Source: a virus. From it: a DNA stretch of 64,000 bases. The translations under genes were made by a program, and so were the position numbers. The stretch is taken from IMG/VR virus record IMGVR_UViG_3300025759_000064, positions 1 to 64,000 of that record; one strand, written 5' to 3'. The notes under the pieces are model-generated. The model was not told where the DNA came from. It worked only from the letters and a program-made list of their open reading frames with translations, and did no database searches. Positions 21,310 through 30,500 of this stretch are shown here, one piece after another (the stretch's first letter is position 1; every line of letters starts with the position of its first letter).

Positions 21310-21635
21310 TTCGCAAACTCCTTCTTACGCTTTTCACGCTCATGGGCTTTGAAATCGGGTACTAACTTGCCCCCATCGTTTTTGACTTTGTATTCCATCA
21401 GTCCCGGCGATTCGGTCATCATGCGTCTATTGACTCTATCTTTCAACGCTTTTTCTTGTTCAACTGTCATTTCTTCCGGCTCTAACTCTCTTTCTGAGCG
21501 CTCAACAGCCTTACGATATTCAGATGGCCCTTCTGTAATAGCCTTCTGTAAATCCGCTTGGTATTCTTTTTTACTTAGTTCTAAAGTTATGGCTTCTTTC
21601 CATTCTTTGTAAACTATTTTCTCTGTATCACTCAA
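21303..21635 (-). CDS. Hypothetical neck-region protein (110 aa)
   Basis: Overlapping start/stop coupling with neighbours; charged helical sequence. Confidence 0.55.
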   Translation of the reverse strand: MSDTEKIVYKEWKEAITLELSKKEYQADLQKAITEGPSEYRKAVERSERELEPEEMTVEQEKALKDRVNRRMMTESPGLMEYKVKNDGGKLVPDFKAHEREKRKKEFAKW

Positions 21636-23193
21636 AGGCTATCACCTCTATGTAACGTGGGAATGTCTTTTCTATATCCATTTTATAGAGTTGAATCTTG
21701 GATGCTAAGTCTACGTTTTGTGTACCTTCGGGTATCAATACGCTTCGGTCATCACTCATTAGTAAATCGATAGCAACCATCTTTGTGCAAATATCTTCTA
21801 TTGCTTTGTCTACGTATCTCTCACCGTATATGTATGATGTCTTAATCGCATTCCACTCAAAGAAAGGGTATGAATTATTGAAGTAGATAATACCCATTTC
21901 ATGGTCTATCCACCAATCTCGTAATCTACCTTGGTCGCCGCTCGCACTTCCGCCCTGTAAATCGACTTGTAAGGTATCCTGTTTTAGTGTCCCAGTAATA
22001 TCAGATAGAGCAGAGCCTACGACTATTGCGCAGCCAGTAAATGTAGTATCTGTTTTACCTGTATATCTAAACACATCTCCACTAGCATCTACTACAACAC
22101 CAGCGTTTGCAAATCCGGCAGTACTATCGACAGTAATTGTAGTGCTACTCAAACTAGAGAATGTCGCACTATTAGACTGCGTTTGACTCAATTCTATATT
22201 ACTATCAGTAACTACGATACTACATGATTCACCAGCAGTAGTTTGCCTCATACTACTAATCTTTACAATGCCTGTACCATAGTCAGAGTTAGCAGTAGCG
22301 AGAAACTCGTTATGCACTGCTACGTTACTAGTGCTACCTTCTAGTGTAAAGTTAGGAGAGAAGACAACATCGGTTTTACCGACTCTATCTTCTTTATTGA
22401 TTAAGTCAGCAAGATTCTGCGCAGTTGTTACCTTATCGAAGTCAGCACGCCAATTCGCAGTACCAGTGCCGATTGTCAACAAAGATGCGCTTCCATTGCC
22501 GGGTGAAATAACTATTGAACCTGTTAAAGCCCTCACATCATCGGGTAATTTTATTCTAGCCTCAGCAGCAGCGATTTCTCTGTAATCATCACCTTGCCAC
22601 AGTTCTAGTCTCAAGATTTGTTGCACGTTTCTAAATAACAAGGGACTAGTACCTACATAATCAGTATAGTATCTACGTCTATACGGTTTGTATGTATCGA
22701 AGTTGATGTATTCTGCTTGTACCAAATATGGTCTCCAAGCGTTGTGAGTTCTGTTGTCGATGTGGTCTTGCATACGAAGTATAACTTCATCAACTTTCTT
22801 TTTTGTAATACCTCTAACTCTACCATCGGTAAACGAGGCTTGATTCTGTACATAGGCGTTATCTGCAACTTCAAAATTAGCATGAGTGATTGAATCTGCA
22901 AAACCCAATCTAACACCATTAATTGTTGACGTTATTCCGTTGATGGTTCTTTCTAATCCTAATGGGTCTGCATCACTATAAATTAGTAAAGTATCACCGA
23001 CAGTAAATCCGATGTTTCTATAATCAGCACCAGTAACAAATATACCAGTCGCTTCGGAATCGGAACTAACTAGTATTGCTTCTTGTGGACCTATGTCTAG
23101 TAAGTCGGCTACTTTCTGTGCTGTGGTGTAGACAACTGCTGTTGGGTCGAGTGGTCTTGTTTCTCCTTCACCCGGACTAAACACTTGTGGCAT
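21628..23193 (-). CDS. Putative head-tail adaptor with inserted domains (521 aa)
   Basis: N-terminal YTTAQKVADLL and C-terminal YIYG...AIEDICTKMVAIDLL resemble SPP1 gp15/HK97 gp6-type adaptors. Position after the MCP cluster. Confidence 0.6.
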   Translation of the reverse strand: MPQVFSPGEGETRPLDPTAVVYTTAQKVADLLDIGPQEAILVSSDSEATGIFVTGADYRNIGFTVGDTLLIYSDADPLGLERTINGITSTINGVRLGFADSITHANFEVADNAYVQNQASFTDGRVRGITKKKVDEVILRMQDHIDNRTHNAWRPYLVQAEYINFDTYKPYRRRYYTDYVGTSPLLFRNVQQILRLELWQGDDYREIAAAEARIKLPDDVRALTGSIVISPGNGSASLLTIGTGTANWRADFDKVTTAQNLADLINKEDRVGKTDVVFSPNFTLEGSTSNVAVHNEFLATANSDYGTGIVKISSMRQTTAGESCSIVVTDSNIELSQTQSNSATFSSLSSTTITVDSTAGFANAGVVVDASGDVFRYTGKTDTTFTGCAIVVGSALSDITGTLKQDTLQVDLQGGSASGDQGRLRDWWIDHEMGIIYFNNSYPFFEWNAIKTSYIYGERYVDKAIEDICTKMVAIDLLMSDDRSVLIPEGTQNVDLASKIQLYKMDIEKTFPRYIEVIAFE

Positions 23194-23492
23194 TAAAGTC
23201 GCGCCTCCTCATTACGTGTACCGAGGTTATACTCCATAGGTTTACCGCATGAACCACAAGTTGCTCTCCATAAGAAGTGTAGTAATCCACAGTGTTTACA
23301 GCGCGTACCTGCTCCTATATCGAGTACATCTGCGATTTCACTAGTTCTAGCCCTCTGTTTAGAGGTAATACCAGCCAAAGGTGAGTCTGTATTCACAGTA
23401 TGAGCGTCGTATGTAACATCTGCGCGTACTGTTTGTTTTGCTGCTCTGCTAATGTCATCGATATCAAGCGTTTGTAACTCGAACCCTGACAT
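23193..23492 (-). CDS. Zn-ribbon protein (99 aa)
   Basis: CKHCG...CGSCG motif. Confidence 0.7.
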   Translation of the reverse strand: MSGFELQTLDIDDISRAAKQTVRADVTYDAHTVNTDSPLAGITSKQRARTSEIADVLDIGAGTRCKHCGLLHFLWRATCGSCGKPMEYNLGTRNEEARL

Positions 23493-23511
23493 TCACTCAC
23501 ACCACCTTCTA

Positions 23512-23706
23512 TTATGCTTTCTGATATACTACTAAGAATATATTACCCAATACTGTAATCGGCTCTACTGAAATTATTTTTGCACTAGCATAACCAGTTA
23601 ATGCTTCAATGTCAGTAGTCATAGCAGTGCTTAACGCACCGTCATTACCCGCACCTGAGAAGTCTCTAGGGCTGTAAGGTCCAATTACTTGTATTGCTTT
23701 AACCAT
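23512..23706 (-). CDS. Small hypothetical virion protein (64 aa)
   Basis: GGTGA RBS; fits the operon. Confidence 0.6.
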   Translation of the reverse strand: MVKAIQVIGPYSPRDFSGAGNDGALSTAMTTDIEALTGYASAKIISVEPITVLGNIFLVVYQKA

Positions 23707-23722
23707 CTAGGTCACCGCCTAA

Positions 23723-23998
23723 TCAGCGCTTTCCTAGTGCCCACCAACGACCAGTGTTACCGCTTACGCAATCTATTGTAAGAGAACCGGGTGCAGCAGT
23801 CGTAACGATAGCGAATGCTCCGTCTACTCCTCCACCTGAGTTATCTTCGGTATCACCGATTACGTCTGCTGCAAGTATTTGCGATAGTCCTGTGACTATT
23901 GTTCCGGTGTCTACGCTTGCTGCGTTCCATGTGCCAGTGACCATCATTAAGTCACCTAATACGTGCGTTCTGTTATCTTTTGTACTGCTAAATGCCAT
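23723..23998 (-). CDS. Small putative virion/decoration protein (91 aa)
   Basis: Gly/Thr-rich beta pattern; downstream of MCP. Confidence 0.6.
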   Translation of the reverse strand: MAFSSTKDNRTHVLGDLMMVTGTWNAASVDTGTIVTGLSQILAADVIGDTEDNSGGGVDGAFAIVTTAAPGSLTIDCVSGNTGRWWALGKR

Positions 23999-24002
23999 TT
24001 TC

Positions 24003-24443
24003 TTATTCCTCCGTTATTTCTGTTTCTACTGCTTCTTCAATTGCTTCTTCTACTGGAGTCTCTTCGACTACAATTTCTTCTACAATTTCAGGAGCGGCTT
24101 CGACTATGACTTCTTCGACAGGGGCTGGGCTTAAGACATCTTCCACCATTGCAAGCAATGAGGACTTTGTTTTGTATCCATTAGATACTTGTACGCCCTT
24201 ATCTCTTAACCATGAAGCAATGTCTGCTTTTACCCAGCCACTATCAGGTATTCCGTCGTTTAGTAAATCGTATGCCGCGCCTTCTATTACAAACAATGTT
24301 GGTTTTAGTTGCCTTTTATTAGCATCTAACCAATCTTGTGTAACCTCTACTACTTGACCCCTAATCCAGTCACCCATAGAAGTGTCTGCATTAGGTCTCA
24401 TGTAGAGATTACCAATGTATGTAACTGTTGGCAGTAAAACCAC
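24003..24443 (-). CDS. Hypothetical protein with HeH/LEM-like helical motif and acidic tail (146 aa)
   Basis: PDSGWVKADIASWLRDKGV...KTKSSLLAMV followed by an E/V-rich tail. Confidence 0.55.
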   Translation of the reverse strand: MVLLPTVTYIGNLYMRPNADTSMGDWIRGQVVEVTQDWLDANKRQLKPTLFVIEGAAYDLLNDGIPDSGWVKADIASWLRDKGVQVSNGYKTKSSLLAMVEDVLSPAPVEEVIVEAAPEIVEEIVVEETPVEEAIEEAVETEITEE

Positions 24444-24444
24444 C

Positions 24445-24843
24445 TCAGTTGTAGAATACTACAAGTTGTCCGCTAGTTACAGTTCCGGTTGTAGGTAATG
24501 TGACTACCAAACCGCTTATGGTTGCGCCGAGCGTTTGTGCGTTTGCGCTTGTTCCGCCAGTTGCTATTGCTGTGAGAATTGCACTTGCACCGCCGCTTAG
24601 TGTGACGGTTGCTCCGTTAGTTGTTGAACCTAATGTAATCAGTGCCATCTTAGGTGCTGGGTCGTATCCGTTTGCTCCATCGCTGTTTACTGCGCTGAAT
24701 GTGCCCGGACCTCCGCCCGGATATGATGTGTCTGCTGCTCCGTCTAACCACTCAGTAGTGCTGTGTGAACCCGCTCTGAGTTCCCATGCACCTACTAGTG
24801 TTGCCGTTGTACTGCTTCCTGTTACTGTCAATGTATCTGCCAT
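24445..24843 (-). CDS. Putative capsid decoration protein (132 aa)
   Basis: Immediately downstream of MCP; Thr/Gly/Ala-rich; GGAGG RBS. Confidence 0.55.
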   Translation of the reverse strand: MADTLTVTGSSTTATLVGAWELRAGSHSTTEWLDGAADTSYPGGGPGTFSAVNSDGANGYDPAPKMALITLGSTTNGATVTLSGGASAILTAIATGGTSANAQTLGATISGLVVTLPTTGTVTSGQLVVFYN

Positions 24844-24880
24844 ATCTTTTTCCTCCGTTTATATTATCTCCAAGACAACC

Positions 24881-26050
24881 TCACTTAAGGTCTCTTACGC
24901 TCCCTTGTGCTCCGAAGAAAGTGGTCCATAGTTCTCCCATGGTACGGTATAGTCCTTCTTGGCCTAGTCTGTTAATTGCGAATGGGTCACCAGTTTCGAT
25001 ACCACTCTCAAAGTATTGTGTTGGAATTGCTGTACTAAAGTGCAAGTAGTCTGTGTCTAGGTAGTAGATTCTTGATAGTGTATCTGCTGCCATGTTCTTT
25101 GTTGGGATGATTGGTACACCGTTGTATGTTGCTACGATGAAACCAGCCTCGATTCCGGGTACACCCTTTACACCGTTGTAGGTAGGGGTAACTCTCTTCT
25201 CTTCCATGAACCTCTGTTGTGATTGTAGAAGTTGTTGGATTCTCATTAGAGTATCGTATCCAGTTAGCATAACTTTCGGGTTTCCACCACGAATCCACAT
25301 CTTTTGGAACATCTCGTCTAGTAAGTCTAGAGATAGTGTTCTGTCAGTAGGTGTACCGCTAGAAGCGTTAACACTCATTTCTGCGTTTGACCATGAGTTT
25401 GCACTCCTGTCAATACTGTACATATCCATATCTCCGTCTGCACTTACGTGCCCTGATGCAGCGCTAACTCCTGTTGTTGCGTTTGCACTGTTTTGGAAAC
25501 CGGAAGTAACTCGGTCAAGAGACTCGAAGTTGTTACCTGCGACTGTATCTACGTCAGTACACATCATTTTGTTGATTACCTCAGCGTGATGTTTACCCAT
25601 TTCCTCTTTCATTACAGAGCGTATGTCTCCCATTCCGTCATCCTTGTCAGCAAGGAAGATTGCAGTTTCAGACATATCGAATGTGTGTGCGATAGTCTTT
25701 GGTTTTGCTGCTACATGTTGGAATGTAGGTTTGATTGTTTCAGGTAGTGTTGCGTTCTCTGCAACTCCGCTTCCAGTAATTGCACCAGCATTTGGTCTGC
25801 CAGTGATAACGCGCCATCCGCTTCTATCCCACGGTTTCTTTGGTAGTATAGAGAATGCATTGAACTCTTGGTTCAATTGTGACCATACTTTGCGACCATA
25901 GATTGCTTGGTATGTTCCACCTGTTGTTGACAGCATAGGGCTGTCGGCCTTGAGTAATTCACTACCGGAGTATGAGTAACCCATTGCGTTACCTGCTCCA
26001 TAGTAGTATCTTTCCATGTCAGTTATTGTTCGTACATAATTTCGTGCCAT
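24881..26050 (-). CDS. Major capsid protein, HK97 fold (389 aa)
   Basis: Follows the protease/scaffold gene. E-loop-like GVAENATLPET, KPKTIAHTFDMSE, long backbone helix and YNGVPII motif. Confidence 0.9.
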   Translation of the reverse strand: MARNYVRTITDMERYYYGAGNAMGYSYSGSELLKADSPMLSTTGGTYQAIYGRKVWSQLNQEFNAFSILPKKPWDRSGWRVITGRPNAGAITGSGVAENATLPETIKPTFQHVAAKPKTIAHTFDMSETAIFLADKDDGMGDIRSVMKEEMGKHHAEVINKMMCTDVDTVAGNNFESLDRVTSGFQNSANATTGVSAASGHVSADGDMDMYSIDRSANSWSNAEMSVNASSGTPTDRTLSLDLLDEMFQKMWIRGGNPKVMLTGYDTLMRIQQLLQSQQRFMEEKRVTPTYNGVKGVPGIEAGFIVATYNGVPIIPTKNMAADTLSRIYYLDTDYLHFSTAIPTQYFESGIETGDPFAINRLGQEGLYRTMGELWTTFFGAQGSVRDLK

Positions 26051-26085
26051 TTTCTTTATCTCCTTTTATTTTTTAATATCTAATC

Positions 26086-27465
26086 TCACTCGAATGCTTT
26101 GGATGCCAAGTTGTGAACTTCGTCCCATGACATGTTAGCCAAATCCTCCGTTGATGGAACTGTTAGTGCTGGTGCACTAGATTCCGATTTTGTGATTGCT
26201 TCTCCTGTTTCTGCTGGAGTAGTGATAGATTCAATGCGCTCTGAAAGTGCACTAATTGCTTTTGTTATCTCGTCTAGAGGACCACGTGCATCATATGCTG
26301 CTGCTTCCGCTTTTGCAATTTCTGCTGAACGCTCGGAAGCGTATCTGTTAGCAAAGTTGCTTTCTAGAGAGCCACGGAACTCTTCTTCAAGAGCAGCCGC
26401 TTTGTATACTTCGTATGCAGACTCGATGTCTGAATCTGATAATGTTGCAGGGTTAATGAAATCTGATTTCTTAACACTTCCACCGCTACCTGTTGTAGCA
26501 GCAATAGCCCCAGTTGAAGGATTTCCGCCTTCTTGTGTTCTACCCGGTGCTTGACCAGTTAGACCTTTGTGATTTGCTGAGATTTCCTCAGGTGTTGAAC
26601 CCATGTTTTGTTTTTCTAGGTTATCAAAGTGAACACGTGCCTCAGCAGTGTCAACTCCAGCACTCTTTAGAGTGTCTTCCATCCAGTTAAGATAGTCAGA
26701 TGTGATAACATCAGAATATTCTGACTTTTCTACATCAGCATCTTCTTTCTTTTTATCATCTTTCATATCTTCTTTCTTACCGTCTTTCTTGTCAGCGATA
26801 GCCTCTTTCAATGCTGGTGGCATTTCGCCTTTCTCCATATCGTCAAGCCTACCTTCTAAACGAGATAGTACGCTGCCAAGTTGTTTCATCATTTCATTAT
26901 CGTTTTCTGTTTCTGTCAATTTATTCACTTCCGTGTTATTTTTATCTTCTTTGAGTATGCTAAATGTTGCTTCGGGATTGATGCCTTTTTCACAAATCGT
27001 TATTTCGTGTAGTTCCAGTTTACTAATTTCTTGGTAATCTCCTCGTTTTGGGTCTGATTTTCTGACTCTCTTAAACGCTTGACCACCGATACTGAATCCT
27101 CTGAGAACGCCTTTTCTGATTTCTGCTGAAACCTCTTTTGCTTTCTCGATGTCGTCACGCAGTTTTACTACCACAAACATTCCGACATCATCGACTTCGC
27201 TTTTCCACAACCTCCCTTCGTTATCTGTATAATTCGGTACTACATCTCCAACTTGTATATTACTGTGAGCCAATTGAACGTTTCTGTATGACGGATTTTC
27301 CATGAACTTCCGAAATGCGTGTTTCAATGCCTCCTTTGTTATTACGTCGCCTTGCTTGTCTACAACTTCCACACTGGCATAGCCAGCGACGATGAGGTCA
27401 TTAGCACCCTTAAGGATACCAATTGTCTCTTCGCCAGTTCTGAATAGTTGTTTACTACCGAGCAC
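26086..27465 (-). CDS. Prohead serine protease fused to scaffold (459 aa)
   Basis: IVAGYASVEVVDKQGD, catalytic H (QLAHSN), GFSIGG (catalytic S) and LHEITICEKGINPEATF, followed by an acidic coiled-coil scaffold. Confidence 0.92.
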   Translation of the reverse strand: MLGSKQLFRTGEETIGILKGANDLIVAGYASVEVVDKQGDVITKEALKHAFRKFMENPSYRNVQLAHSNIQVGDVVPNYTDNEGRLWKSEVDDVGMFVVVKLRDDIEKAKEVSAEIRKGVLRGFSIGGQAFKRVRKSDPKRGDYQEISKLELHEITICEKGINPEATFSILKEDKNNTEVNKLTETENDNEMMKQLGSVLSRLEGRLDDMEKGEMPPALKEAIADKKDGKKEDMKDDKKKEDADVEKSEYSDVITSDYLNWMEDTLKSAGVDTAEARVHFDNLEKQNMGSTPEEISANHKGLTGQAPGRTQEGGNPSTGAIAATTGSGGSVKKSDFINPATLSDSDIESAYEVYKAAALEEEFRGSLESNFANRYASERSAEIAKAEAAAYDARGPLDEITKAISALSERIESITTPAETGEAITKSESSAPALTVPSTEDLANMSWDEVHNLASKAFE

Positions 27466-27510
27466 ACTAACCCTTGTTACGTAATGCCTTACTACATATA
27501 TGCTGCGGGA

Positions 27511-30500
27511 CTACTCATCAAGGTTTTTATCATCAAAAACGCTAGACTGCGAGGCTGTTTGTTTCTTTTTCTGTTTTCTACCCGGATAATCTTCGGGTTT
27601 CTCCAAGTCCTCAGTAGGTCGTTTCTTCATATCCCAATCGGGTAAAGACTGCTCTGCTGTCAAAGAAGTAGGCCCGCGTGGGCTTTCTACGCCCCCACCA
27701 ACATCTATCCCTAAACCACGTCCGGCCATGTTACTATGTCCTTTTTCCATCTTATCTAATGCTCTTTCAATAAGTAAAAGCGCTTTTGCCATTTCATTAG
27801 GCTTCATAATTAAATTGCTATCTTTCTTTGGTTTTAGAATGCCAGCGCTTTGTTCTTCTATTTTATCAGAATCAATGTGATTAACAGCAACCTCGCTGTC
27901 TCCCTTTACTTCTAACTCTTCTTTTAACAATTCAGTTAATCCTTCTTGCCAATAAGACTCAAGACTCTTTGCTAACTTTAACGAGTAATCTGAGGCAGTA
28001 ATTTCTCCTATCGCAGCAACAGGGTTGACTGCTTGATTATCTACAATATCATATTTCACGACATCTTCGGGCAATCTAATAATAAAGTGACTATCATCAA
28101 TCTCCATAGTAAATGGAACATGGTAAGTAATATCAGATTTAGCAAGCATAACCCACTTCGGGTGTTTCTCTTCACCTTTCATGTATGTAGACTTAGCATC
28201 ACGTAGTAATAATTTATCAGAATCTTTGCCTAATTCTTTTACAGCATCTTCTAATCCAACTTCATCTGTGATTCTAATGTCGGATGGACTAGGTACAAAG
28301 ACAGGATGATAACTTTCAAATTGTCCTCTTAAGATTTTGATTCTCTCGCGTGTAGTTAGTTCGGTTACATCATCCGTGTCGTATAGCAGAATATCATTAA
28401 TGTAAAACTCACCATCATTTAATATCCCATCAATAACAAAGTTTTTCTTACAGGCTGCTCTAAACGATGCTCTCATTTCATCTTCACAAGATTGCTTTAC
28501 GCCATTTTCATCTTCTAATTCAACACGCCCATTCTTTTTACTAACCTTACATCTCTTTCCGTCTTTCTGTATAGAAACTACCCATTCTCCTGTAAAGCCT
28601 CTTAATTCGGACATATCTTTAATATCAAATATTCTATGTAAAGGTTCTATCAAAGGTATTTCCTTTGGTAAATCTGCTTTTGAAATATTTGTGAAACTGT
28701 CACTAGGCGTTTGACCAGTATCGTTTTGAGTTAACTGAGTAGGATTTTGTTGAAATGGCTCTGCGTTTGTTAACATAGATTCAACGTGTTGAGGTGAATG
28801 TGTATCTTTGTGTAAAGATTGTAAATATGTTAACGGTAGAGAATGAAACTTTTCTTCTGAGGTATTTGTACCAACACTAATATTTCCATTGTAATCATGT
28901 TCTGCACCTATTTCGGCTTGGCCGCTCCATCCCCAATCCATCAAACCGCTAGTAAAGTGGTCTTGCGGTACAGCCCCTTCTAAACTTCTAAGAGGTTTTA
29001 CTGGCGCTGTCATCCAACCTATTTCTTTCTTAGTTGCAACGGGTACATTTGGTTTCAAATCGATATCGGGGCTAGTATCAAAAGAAAGAATATTACTTGC
29101 AATATCTTTTCTTCTTGCGTGATGGTATTCTAATGATGAGTGTCCTCTTTGACTTTGATGTAATAGCGTCCCTTCATTACTTTTATTATGAGCATTATGG
29201 AGTTTGCTAAGTTTAGTCAATGGTGACGGTGCTTGATGGTATTGTAATCCATATCCTCCTAACTTCATTTCATTTCTTGCATTTTGATGTAAAAAGTTTA
29301 ATCCTTTGTATGAAGGATTTCTTTTGAATAACCCACGCGCTCTATCAGCATCCCTATTAGTGGTTGTAGAGATTTGTCCTTCTTTCGGATGTCCTTTAGG
29401 ATATACGTTGCCTGTATCCTTTCTATCGGGCGGAAAACCAGCCTTTGCTTCTCTGTATAAATTATCTAAGTGAGTGTGAACATCACCGTGTCCTTTACCA
29501 TCAAACAATTTTTTATCATCGGGATGCCATTGCAACGGCTTACCATCAACACTCATTGTAGCAAGTTGACCTATGCTGTAAGCATGTACTGGACCGGATA
29601 AAGTTTGTAAATATCTTTGCGCATGTTCTTTATGAGCATCGTCGTTAGGTAAATCTAACATTTCTAATACATCTTGTACCCCATGTTTACTTGGGTCAAT
29701 TACGTTATTTGTTAATGGGCCTAAAGTTTTCATTTGATTTGCTAAATTATAATGAGTATCAGATGTCATATCTTCTTCTTTCTTAGTATAATGATGAGCG
29801 CGAATAGATATATTATGGTCGCCATCCATGTAAAGACCTCGCTGTGCATCTTTTACCCCTCTTAATGTATTGAGTAATGCTTTTGGATTATCAGGGTGAA
29901 ACGCATTAGGATGTTCTTTTTCAATCGCGGGTTTTATTTTTGTTCTAAAATATTCAGCAACCGCTTGTCTATCGTCGGTATGAGCCTCTTCCATATTTTT
30001 TCTCACATTACCCCTATCGCCCTGTTTTTTAGACCCTGTACTAGTATACTCTCTTTTTCTTTTTTCTTTCATTCCCATATCAGACTTAATTTCTTTTATT
30101 TTGTCTCGCAAAGAAGTTATGATTTCAGAGTCCTTCGCCCCACGTTGTTCTATGTCTAATTCGTTTTGCAACATCTCTAAATGTTCTATGTCTTTTCCAC
30201 TTACTACATCCCCTACGGTTTTTATCGATGCGGAAGGAAGATTAGTCATTACTGTATCTAAATCATCTGTGGTAGAAAGATAATTACGGTTGTTTTCTAT
30301 ATCTGACCATTTAATAAAATTATTAGCAGGTGAATTAGGTGGTGAGGCTCTACGATTTATAGTAGAAAGTAAATGCGAATGACCTGCTAACATATTGATT
30401 GAAGTTTCGTCTTTACCTGCTTTACTTCTTGCTGTATACGGATTATATGAAAAAATATTGTTTTTATCTAATTCTCTAGTAGTACGGCTTTTCCCATCAT